The notes beneath the pieces were generated by a model. That model did not search any database, was not told the DNA's origin, and saw only the letters and a program-made list of their open reading frames with translations. This document shows positions 33,193-63,603 of a DNA stretch of 64,000 bases, one piece after another. Both the position numbers and the translations under genes were made by a program. Every line of letters starts with the position of its first letter. Within the stretch, counting starts at the first letter, position 1. The stretch lies in the NCBI GenBank assembly GCA_002269645.1, contig NIVC01003146.1, positions 15,281 through 79,280 of the forward strand. Direction: 5' to 3'. Source of the stretch: Macrostomum lignano. Taxonomy: Eukaryota.

Positions 33193-35199
33193 GCTAGCAG
33201 TGCCTGCAATACAGGTGCACTTGCAAGTGGCCAATAAATTCAAAATGAGGCTAAAGAGGCATATAGGATAAAAATAGCATTATTATTTGATTTCAGTTGT
33301 TTAAAACATTATTGGACTAGGCCTATAAGTAGTAAACTTGCAAGTCCAATCTAGCCAATGAGAAAAAGCAGCCAATCAAGAATAATAGCCAGTACCTTAG
33401 GTAAAGGCCCTATACCTAAACTATCAGATTTAGGAGTTTTGATGATATTAATTTAAAAAAATTAACATTTCTAATAACCAATTATTAATTATATAATTTC
33501 TAATACATATTAAATTATTAATTAATCAATCTAGAACCTATAAAAAATAAACCTATTAATGAATAATGATTATTATTTGACTTGTCTAAACTGCTATATC
33601 AACTAGTTAATCTTATAGTTTATATATCATATGTCATTAACACCTTATAATTATCAATTTGCTAAAACATTATATATTGCTAGGTCCTTGGTTTAGTTTA
33701 CTTTATAAATAATAGGTTTAATAGCCAATGGATCATTGCTAAGCTAAGGCAAAAAGCATTTTATCTAAATATTCTATGTTTACTGAAATGCTTATAATAT
33801 TGTATATAATTAAAACAAAATGAAATATCAAAGATAATCAATACATTCAACTTGGCTAATATTAGGCCTTTCTAAATATACTAAATCTCTAAGGTTTGTA
33901 TGTTTGAATGAATGAATGCTTGTCCATAATATTTTCTAAATGTAAAAACCCGCCTTAAATAAAAACTTAATTGTCACAATGATTTTTATATCCAAGCATA
34001 AGTTATAAATATAAATTAGAATAAATTAATAATAGGCCCTATACACTTAATTATCTCTAGTATGCTATAGTTTGGATCATGTATCAATGTATGCCAGGCT
34101 TAATGCTGGGAAAAAATGACAAGACCACATTTGTCTAGGTTTGTGTGCCAATACAAAAAAATTGTCATTTGATACAATGTATCTGCTGTGTCATAGACGC
34201 TGGGATATATCCTAATGTCTATTGAAAAATAATAAGATGCTTATTGTACACTAGGACATGTCTCCTTGTACATGTATACTAGAAGTCTTTGATTATCAAT
34301 TAGGTAAATACATATAAACTCAATTAGTAGTTAGTCAGTATAAGATAGATATAGGCTAGTAGACTTATAACTTAAATAATCATATAACTTAATTATCTAG
34401 CTAGCCATCTGCTTAATTATCTAGCTAAAGGAATACTCATTATTAATTTTTGCTATATGACTACTTATTTATTATTAGTTTTACTAGTTGACAGTTGATA
34501 ATTTATTAATTTAAACTTAGCAATCTTCCTATTTAATCTATTATAATATTTATTTTTAAACTAAACAGAAAAAATAAATATCTAAAAAATAATTCAAGGA
34601 ACAAAAGTAAAGAATTATTGATTTAGATTGTTAAATATAAATATATAAGATATAATATAATATATAAAAACATAAACTTGAATTTTATACTAAAATTTTA
34701 TTATAAATATTGGAATGAAATATAAAGATTTATAGTGTTATTGCTAGTTTTAAAGTTGAATTATTAAAAAATCTATTACTAAAGTGTATATATTGTTGCT
34801 GATAGCCTGATGTTGATATATATTAGGCCTAGGCCTAGTAGAATTTAATTCAAGGATCCTTCATTATTAGTTACTGCTTTAGTAGAGAAAAAGTTACAAC
34901 ACTATACTATATGCCTCTTATGATCTTATCTAAACTGAAATAAGAATGATATATAGCAAGTTCCTACCTAGGCCTATAGTTAGAATGAAAGCAATAAAGA
35001 TATGTGAGATTATAAGACATTATAATTCATAATCTGGTATATTATAATCTTAGATTAGGCTTTGTTAATTATAAATTAACAATTGATAAATTATATCAAT
35101 TTTTCATCTAGATGATTATTGTAAGGCAGCTTTTAAAAATACATAGGCTAGTTTTTAGGGCCTAATAATTCTGTCTTGTCTTGCCATGGTTATAATATA

Positions 35200-35974
35200 G
35201 CTTTTTGCAGCCCATTTGGGCCTATGCACATTGAATTTAATCCAAGATATGGTTGCCAATGTAATGTAGCTTTTGTCTATGGTAGCAAGGCTGGCACAGC
35301 GGCATTTAATTTGGTCCAACAAGCATTCAATTTGCTCTATAGCTTCATTTGCAACTGCTGCGGAGGAGCAAGATCAGCCCCACATGGCACAATTGTGGAT
35401 CATAGGCCTATGCTAGGTTGTTGAACGAATGCCATGGCATTGGCTGGTGATTGAAGCGCTTGACAGAGGTGAACACCTAAAGGCTGCTGAATGTAAAAGA
35501 AAATATTGTTTTCAGCATCCATCAGTGCGTTGAAAATCTGCCGGCAGAGATCGCCTGCGAAAGGGTGGCAATCGCCAAGGCAAGTTGCTCGAGAGCCTCA
35601 GGTCCAACTGCTACGAGTACTCGATGCAATTGAGACGAACCCTTCGTTGACGGTGCAGAAAATGCAGCAGAAGTTTAAGGAACAGTTCCAGTTGGTTATC
35701 AGATTTTGAATATCAGCAGAACTCTTGAAAAGCGACAGAAAATTGTCGGTAGAGACGCTGACATTCCAGCGGTACGCAACAACCCGCAGACGGTTGCGAG
35801 AAGGCAGGAGTTTGCCGAAAGGCTCACGAGCGTTTGAACCAAATTTGATGCTTGTTGGACCAAATTAAATGCTGCTGTGCCAGCCTTGCTACCATAGACA
35901 AAAGCTCCGTTACATTGGCGAACGTATCTTGGATTAAATTCAATGCGCGTAGGCCCAAATGGGCTGCAAAAAGC
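35200..35974 (+). mobile_element. Internally deleted Tc1/mariner (IS630-like) transposon with ~133-bp TIRs and TA target duplication
   Basis: TA|GCTTTTTGCAGCCCATTTGGGCC...GGCCCAAATGGGCTGCAAAAAGC|TA. Internal remnant LDAIETNPSLTVQKMQQKFKEQF..ISRTLEK..IPAVRNNPQTVARRQEFAERL resembles the HTH/linker region of Tc1/IS630 transposases. Confidence 0.8.
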
Positions 35975-36351
35975 TACAATAAAATTTAATGAAGATATCG
36001 GTTACCTGTTCAAATCATGCTTTGAGCTGAGGGTAAAACTAAGTTGATTAAATAACTTGTTGAATAAAAACTAAATATTATGCATTTCTCGTCAGTCAGT
36101 GCAAAAAGCAAATATTTGATACTATTGCTTTGTTACACGTAATTATTTTGATTTAACGAACAACAATTTTGTTATGAACTCTCGGTTTTTGCGCCAATAC
36201 AAAGCGACGAAGAAGTTCCAGAAGATTTCAGCAAGTTTAAAAACTCATAGCTTTCTTCCTACTAGCAGTTTTAACGAAATAACCTTTTAGTATATTTATC
36301 AAATGATAGCCTTTTGAACACATTTTAGCACTGCTTTCATTTCATTCCTAA

Positions 36352-55581
<19,230 letters not shown>

Positions 55582-55627
55582 CCAGACTGACTTTTTATCG
55601 GCTGCTCGACTTCATGTCCCACCCTGT

Positions 55628-56005
55628 TACACACCGATTCCCACACCGATTCCCACACCGATTCCCACACCGATTCCTACACCGATTCCCACACCGATTC
55701 CCACACCGATTCCCACACCGATTCCCACACCCATTCCCACACCCATTCCCACACCGATTCCCACACCGATTCCCACACCGATTCCCACACCGATTCCCAC
55801 ACCGATTCCCACACCGATTCCCACACCGATTCCCACACCGATTCCCACACCCATTCCCACACCGATTCCCACACCGATTCCCACACCCATTCCCACACCG
55901 ATTCCCACACCGATTCCCACACCGATTCCCACACCGATTCCCACACCCATTCCCACACCGATTCCCACACCCATTCCCACACCCATTCCCACACTGATTC
56001 CCACA
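55628..56005 (+). repeat. Minisatellite, 12-bp unit CACACCGATTCC just 3' of the laminin stop
   Basis: Tandem copies. Confidence 0.96.
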
Positions 56006-56359
56006 CCAGAAAAATCCCAGCGTCAAGTTTACCTGCCCCTGTCCGAATTTTCCCAAAATCCCAAATCCCATTTCTGTCCCGCCACATTATTCGGTTGCAT
56101 CTGATTTCACTCTTAGAAATTGCGTCTGCCTTCCGTTGCTGCTTTTGCATTCGCTGTTATAAAATTATTTGCAATTTTTTCAACCCCTTCCCAGTCCGGG
56201 AGCGAACACCTTAGTCGAATTTTATTGAGTCTTTGATGAGCAAAACTCCCGAGAAGTTCTGCAAATCCTTCCGCAACTCTGCTTCTGAATATACGGGTGA
56301 TTTACTCGTATATGGGGATAATTATCCCAACAAATGCTATGGCTTTGATTCTATAGGAT

Positions 56360-57130
56360 TTGAGTTGTGCAGGGGCGGATTGGGTGGGTCAGATTTGGCG
56401 GTGGGGCAGATTGGGTGGTGGGGCAGATTGGGTAGTGGGGCGGATTGGGTGGAGGGGCGGATTGGGTGGCGGGGCGGATTGGGTGGAGGGGCGGATTGGG
56501 TGGTGGGGCGGATTGGGTGGTGGGGCAGATTGGGTGGTGGGGCGGATTGGGTGGTGGGGCGGATTGGGTGGTGGGGCAGATTGGGTGGAGGGGCGGATTG
56601 GGTGGTGGGGCGGATTGGATGGTGAGGCAGATTGGGTGGAGAACGGATTGGGTGAAGGGGCGGATTGGGTGGTGGGGCAGATTGGGTGGAGGGGCGGATT
56701 GGGTGGTGGGGCAGATTGGGTGGAGGGGCGGATTGGGTGGTGGGGCGGATTGTGTGGTGGGGCGGATTGGATGGTAAGGAAGATTGGGTGGAGAGCGGAT
56801 TGGGTGGAGGGGCGGATTGGGTGGTGGGGCGGATTGGGTGGAGGGGCGGATTGGGTGGTGGGGCGGATTGGGTGGTGGGGCAGATTGGGTGGAGGGGCGG
56901 ATTGGGTGGAGGGGCGGATTGGGTGGTGGGGCGGATTGGGTGGTGGGGCGGATTGGGTGGAGGGGCGGATTGGGTGGTGGGGCGGATTGGGTGGAGGGGC
57001 AGATTGGGTGGTGGGGCGGATTGGGTGGAGGGGCGGATTGGGTGGTGGGGCGGATTGGATGGTGAGGCAGATTGGGTGGAGAGCGGATTGGGTGGAGGGG
57101 CGGATTGGGTGGTGGGGCGGATTGGGAGAT
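56360..57130 (+). repeat. G-rich minisatellite (GGGCGGATTGGGTGG[T/A]G variants)
   Basis: Tandem copies. Confidence 0.95.
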
Positions 57131-57384
57131 TTGGTCTGTACAGGAGACTGGAGACAGTTCACTATGAACACAGTGCACCATGGATATTGAAATACAGCAT
57201 AGAGACAGTTGCCATGGAGACAATTTTGCTAGGCCTGCTGTGAAGGTATTGTATATTTTGCTTAAATCAGCAGCCTCGGGTCTCTTAATTCAAGTATTTA
57301 GGCAGGAGCCGAAAATGCAGACTGCCTACTGCTAGTAGACAGCTAGCTGCAGGCCGAATTGAGAGTTGAGAGCGCACTGTCGGG

Positions 57385-57391
57385 TATAAAT
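57385..57391 (+). promoter_or_regulatory. Candidate TATA box for the ankyrin-kinase gene
   Basis: GGGTATAAATAC about 70 nt upstream of ATG 57454; motif only, no transcript evidence. Confidence 0.35.
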
Positions 57392-57453
57392 ACTTCGTAC
57401 ACTCGCTCAACTGCGCACAGCTCTACTCTGCTACTCGTCTTAGCTGCTCCAAA

Positions 57454-59469
57454 ATGCTTGCTTCTACCGGCATGCAAAAGAAGAAAACAGAGCTCATGGA
57501 GGCTCTGTCGGTCTCCATTGCTCTCCATGTCAGGGAGCCGGACCGGCTGCTCCCCCTCTGCTGCAACATGGACTCGATGCTGCAGCTCACCGTGCGCAAT
57601 CGCAAGCAGACGGTGGCTCACCACGTCGCTCAGCTGCCTGGCGGACTCTGCTGTCTGGAGGCTCTCATTGAGAAGTTCGGACCCGACTGCCTCACCTGCG
57701 TTAACGAATACCAAAACACTCCGGTGCACCTGGCCGCCATGCACCAGGATGAGTCATGGCTGGAGCTCATTCACCGGACCCTCGGACCCGACTGCTTCAA
57801 GCAGCCCGGCCAGCTCAAGCGCACCGCCGCTCACTGGGCCGCCATGAACGAAGCCAGCAGCAGCTCGTTGAGGTTTCTTGTCGAAAAGCTCGGCCCAGCC
57901 TGCCTGCTGGACAAAGACTCGGATGGGGCTACGCCTGCTCACATGGCTGCTCAGAACCAAGACCTGGACTCGTTTCGCCTCGTCGTGGACTCGCTGGGCG
58001 TTTCCGCGTTCGACCTCCTCGACGCTGACGGGAATTCGGTGGCCGACTACATGGAGCAGAACGTTCAGCACGGATCTCGGCTGCTGAAGTTTGTCGCCGA
58101 GCTGGGAGGGCGGCCTAATGGGGAAGAGAAGGACCAGGAGCAGAAGATCCAGGAGCAGGAGATCCAGGAGCAGGAGCAGAAGACCCAGGAGCAGGAGCAG
58201 AAGACCCAGGAGCAGGAGCAGAAGACTCAGGAGCAGGAGCAGAAGACTCAGGAGCAGGAGCAGAAGAAGGAGCAGGAGCAGAAGACCCAGGAGCAGGAGC
58301 AGAAGACCCAGGAGCAGGAGCAGAAGACCCAGGAGCAGGAGCAGAACGAACAGCCACAGGAGTCGCAGAACAAGCGGCAGTCAGTGGAGAACTGGTACGT
58401 ACAGTGAAACTCACTTTTAATAACAATTTTTATCAGGACCATATTTTGCAAATTCAATCGATTTTTTTCATAGTCAGTGTTCTCAAAACTGGCGATTGAC
58501 AATTTTTTACAGCCTTTTAACTCGGCTGACCCTGGACTCGAACTTCTCCAGCTGGCAATTTGTTCGCGACGATGACGGATGCAAGCAGCAGATCGGATCG
58601 GGCGGCTTCGGCAAGGTGTACAAGGCGCTGACTGACAAGAACCAGACTGTGGCTGTCAAGATTATCAAGCTGGCAGGCGCTATGGCCTCCAAAAAGTTAA
58701 ACAAGGCTGTCGAGAAGGAGTGCGCCGAGATCGCCGTGCTGAGGAAGCTCGAGCACCCGAACATTCTGAAGTTCCTCAAGTATGAGCGCACCAAGCAAGG
58801 CAAGCTGTGCATCTTCACGGAGCTCATCTCCGGCAACAGCCTCTCCGGACTGATGCAGCAGCAGCAGAAGCCCTTCGCTGAGAAAGCAGTGAGGGACTTC
58901 TCCCAACAGGTAAGATCCCAGACCTAACACCTGCAGCCTATATCTAACACTTGAAACCTATATATAACACCTGAAACCTATATCTAACACCTGCACAGAT
59001 CTGCACTGCGCTCAACTTCCTGCACACCCGGAAGCCGACCATCCTGCACAGGGATATCAAAGGCTCGAACATCATGCTGACGCACAAGGGCAGAATCAAG
59101 CTGATCGACTTCGGCCTCGTCAAGGAGATTACAAACACGATTACCGACAGCACACCTCACCTGTGCGGCACCGTCTTCTTCATGGCGTGCGAGCTGTTCA
59201 CGGATACAGGCAAGTTGATGTACTCGCCAAAGACTGACGTCTGGGCGTTCGGCTGCACCGTCTATGAGCTGCTGACGGGGAAGTTTCCCAATGGCGAGTT
59301 CCCCTGGCACATGATCGGGCACCGGGTCCGCCAGCACGACATGCCGCAGCTGCCGGCGAAGACCTCCGACAGCCTGCGCGACTTCTACCAGCGCTGTGTT
59401 GAGAAGGAGCCGAGCCGGCGTGCGCACACCGAGGAGCTGCTCAGCCACGAGTTCCTGCGGCGCCCCTGA
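57454..59469 (+). CDS. Ankyrin-repeat protein fused to an STE11/MAP3K-like Ser/Thr kinase
   Basis: Exons 57454-58394 (NTPVHLAA, RTAAHWAA, GATPAHMAA ankyrin motifs; QEQEQKT linker), 58513-58909 (GSGGFGKV, VAVK), 58999-59469 (HRDIKGSN, DFG, DVWAFG). GT-AG with phases 2 and 0 consistent; ~602 aa. Confidence 0.88.
58135..58345 (+). repeat. Coding 21-bp minisatellite (QEQEQKT)n
   Basis: CAGGAGCAGGAGCAGAAGACC repeats in frame within exon 1 of the ankyrin-kinase gene. Confidence 0.93.
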
Positions 59470-59614
59470 CCTCATCCGGCCAAAATTGAGCACACTTTAC
59501 ACTCGCTCTCATCCTCATCCAGGGGCGTCGTAAAAGCTATGGGGGAACATGTCGATTCTTAGTCCTCCCCGTCCCACCTTGTGACCCGTTATGGAAATTA
59601 ATAATTTTGCTTCA

Positions 59615-59985
59615 GGGCGCCAAAATGAGTGCCTGCCTGTGGCGCCAAAATGAGTGCCTGTCTGTGGCGCCAAAATGAGTGCCTGTCTGTGGCGCCAAAA
59701 TGAGTGTCTGTCTGTGGCGCCAAAATGAGTGCCTGTCTGTGGCGCCAAAATGAGTGTCTGTCTGTGGCGCCAAAATGAGTGCCTGTCTGTGGCGCTAAAA
59801 TGAGTGCCTGTCTGTGGCGCCAAAATGAGTGCCTGTCTGTGGCGCTAAAATGAGTGCCTGTCTATGGCGCTAAAATGAGTGCCTGTCTATGGCGCTAAAA
59901 TGAGTGCCTGTCTGTGGCGCCAAAATAAGCGTCTGTGGCGCCAAAATAAGCGTCTGTGGCGCCAAAATAATCGTCTGCGGCTCCA
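59615..59985 (+). repeat. Minisatellite, 25-bp unit GGCGCCAAAATGAGTGCCTGTCTGT
   Basis: Tandem copies. Confidence 0.95.
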
Positions 59986-60619
59986 AAATGAGTGCTAACC
60001 ACATCGATTTCCAAAATAATGTTGGACTTTTGTCATGCGGAATTCTTGGCTTTGCCCCTCTGACCATAAAATTCATGGAGGCGCCTCTGCTCACTCTCTC
60101 CTCTAGCATCTAGCAAGCTATCAATAATTTTATGCATCCAGCCAGTTTAAAGCCATTATACTTTTTACCAAAATAAAATTGTTTTTGTTAATAAAAACTA
60201 AAATCGAAGAGCCTTCATTGCCGGTCTTCTTTTGCACTCCTAGAATTGTAAAATTAGAAACCGAAACTCGACTGTTTAAGCCTTCACCCCCTCCCCAGAG
60301 CCCTGAGTTCGTTTTTTTACACCCAAATTGACTGAGTCATGCTCCAAGCGAGAGTGTACAGTTTCTGGTCTGTGCACACGCTTCCAGTGTGAGCAAGTAG
60401 GTTGAGAAAACTAAGATAGAAAAACGATGCTTCTACGAGCATATTTACTATTAACTGTCAAGATAATTTTGCTTGCCATGCTACTGAAAGTAAGTTGCAA
60501 GATTTTGAAATAAGCAATTTCAGTTTGTGCAGAAAAATCCTAAGAAATTAAAGTTAAATAAAAATCGTCTGCATGATCTTTAAATAAACAAGTTTTACTC
60601 AATTTTAAACGACTCACCT

Positions 60620-62449
60620 AGATAGATAATGCGAAATAAAACCACGCACACAGTTAAAGCAAAGTCAATTTCTTTAATTAAATTCTAAGAAAAAACCGAA
60701 TTTTCGACCTAAACAGGGTCTTCGTCAGGGTATATTGTAAATAAAAAACAGAGTTGAGTATTTATAGTGAGTATAGAGAGACGCGAATAAAATAAAATAA
60801 TCAATATGCTTGGGCGGGCACGTTGCAACGCGTGTGTACATCTGTACATCTAGTGCTCATCTGAAAAGAGGTTTGAGTTTCGGGCCTGACCATTAGTTAC
60901 GGCAGGCAGATTGGATGGACATAGAATGTCCTTTAATGAGCGTGAGCGAGAATAGGCAGCCACCGTATCCAGCTCTGCAGCGTGGTTCGAAATGGCCGTG
61001 CGAATTTGATGAACAACTCGCCCAGAGTGGTCCGTGAAAGGGATCACTATTGAGATGCAGGCGTCTTTTTCAGTGATGACGGTGTTTAAGCCTGCTGGAG
61101 TCTGGGTCTGTAGTAAAGCGATGAGCTTCTGCTCCATATTCCTCCGCCTGCGTTGAGCGCCCTCTTTAGTGGCCAGGCACTCAGTACCCATAAAACGGAG
61201 GTCCTGAATAATGTGGTTTGGTGACCGAAAGTGCCTGGAGATTGGGGTGTCTTTAGCCAGTCTGATGTCGCTCAGGTGAGCCTGAAGTCTGACTTTAAGA
61301 GCGCCTCCAGTCTCACCTACGTAGATACAGCGGTCATTGCAAGTATTGCACAGAATGGCATACACCACATTCCTGGAGTCACAGCGGACTTTTTGACAAA
61401 TTTTATAAATCATTTTTGTAGCGCTGGACCCTAAACAAACTTGGCCAAAATTCCCGTGCTCTCTGCAAGGACGGCAGCTTAGATTGCCACAATCCTGGAA
61501 GCCGAACTCCCACCGACCATCAATGTAGAGGCCCAGCTGGATGAGGGCAGATTTTTTAGAATCCCTGATTAAGCGGACAGAATAACCTTGTTTCTTCAGG
61601 ATGCTTGTTAAGCTGCTGCTGGCCTCATCGAAGTCTTCTTTAAATGTGCAACGGCGAGCGTAACGGAGGAACTGAGATTTCAGTATACCTTTGAAAGTGT
61701 GCTTTGGGTGAAAAGACCCCGGATTTAAAAGCTGGCGTGAATCGGTGGGTTTGAAGTAGATTGAGCACGAAAGTCTCTTGTTGTTGCCTTCGTCAGTCAG
61801 ACTGACACAGCAGTCCAGGAAGTGAACCTTCTCTCTGCTGTATTGCATCGTGAGTCGGATGTTGCAATCGAACTCATTCAGATGCTTGTGCATCTCCTTT
61901 AGTTCGTCTTCAGTGCCGACGAAGACCATAAAAATGTCGTCAATGTAGCGCTTGAAGAAACGAGGGGTAAACGGAGCAGTCTCTAAAGCTTTGGATTCCC
62001 AGGCAGACATAAAGATGTTGGCGTAGGATGGCCTTTCCCATGCTTGTGCCTTTGACTTGAAGGTAGCGCGTGTCGTTGAAAACAAAATCATTTTTGTTCA
62101 AGTTTATGTCCAGGAGCGCAAGAAGATGGTTATCTGGCCTTGAGGTTTGGGGAAATGTTTGAAAGGCAACTCTAATGGCGTCCATCCCCTTATCAGTGGG
62201 AATATTGGTGTACAGGGATTCAACATCCATTGTAACCAGAAAGACATTTTCGTCTTTTTCAAAAATCAAATCATTGATAGCCGCTTGAAAGTGGTCCGTG
62301 TCTCGGATGAAGGAGTCTTGTTCCTTAGCGATCAGCTGTAGAAAGAGATCGATAAATTTGGCGCTCATGTAGCTTTCCGAGCTGCAGTCCGAGACAATGG
62401 GTCTCCCAGGAGGCACTCCAGGATTAAGCCATACTTCGGGAACATGAAA
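60620..62449 (-). mobile_element. 5'-truncated, frameshifted Penelope-like retroelement (RT + GIY-YIG), probably Neptune-type
   Basis: PPGRPIVS, DVESLYTNIP, GTSMG (frameshift ~62035) PSYANIFM, RYIDDIF, FLD, HPKHTFKGILKSQFLR, CxxxxCxxC linker, then VVYAILCNTC..IYVGET (GIY-YIG). Stop at 60850, followed by a 3' UTR with a hammerhead motif. Confidence 0.93.
60691..60736 (-). ncRNA. Minimal type I hammerhead ribozyme in the PLE 3' UTR
   Basis: Minus strand reads aatatacc CTGACGA a GACC ctgttta GGTC GAA A-AT-T C ggttttt: core CUGANGA, 4-bp stem II, GAAA, palindromic AATT stem III, UUC cleavage triplet, short ACC/GGT stem I. Confidence 0.75.
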
Positions 62450-63228
<779 letters not shown>

Positions 63229-63603
63229 AAATGGTTGCTACGGTCGCCAACCTTCCTCTGCATTCACCTTTCCGCCGCGGCTGCGGTTTGCGCTAGGCTT
63301 GCCTTGAGCAAACCGGCTTTAGTGCCCAAGCGCGCTGCGTCTGTGCGCCCCCCCCCCGCCGCGTGTGTACGTTCTGTGTTGTTTAGATGGGCGCCCACCC
63401 CTCCGCCGGCCCGGGGGTTATTTTATTCCAGCCGCGCTGCTGAGCAGGCAGGGTTTTCGCGCAGTTCTTTCTTTCTTCTTTTATCCTATAATACATCGCG
63501 TACTCGTGTTTTGCTTTGGGGCACTAAAGTATTAAATGCCAACACGTTAATTGTGGACTCACCCACTCTCTCCTTCGCCACTGACTCACCAGCCCTGTCT
63601 CAC

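Noticed and set aside
35506-35709. ORF as laminin first exon
   Set aside because: No signal peptide, lies inside a TA-flanked TIR element and resembles a transposase remnant. The real signal-peptide exon is 36352-36412.
59520-60089. hAT-like MITE around the GGCGCCAAAATG array (CAGGGGCGTC..GGCGCCTCTG)
   Set aside because: The terminal match is only 8/10 and no 8-bp TSD is present.
63230-63500. Inverted pseudo-LTR of the PLE
   Set aside because: Only short shared words (GCGTGTGTAC, TTATTTTATTC, CTATAA) and no second hammerhead core.
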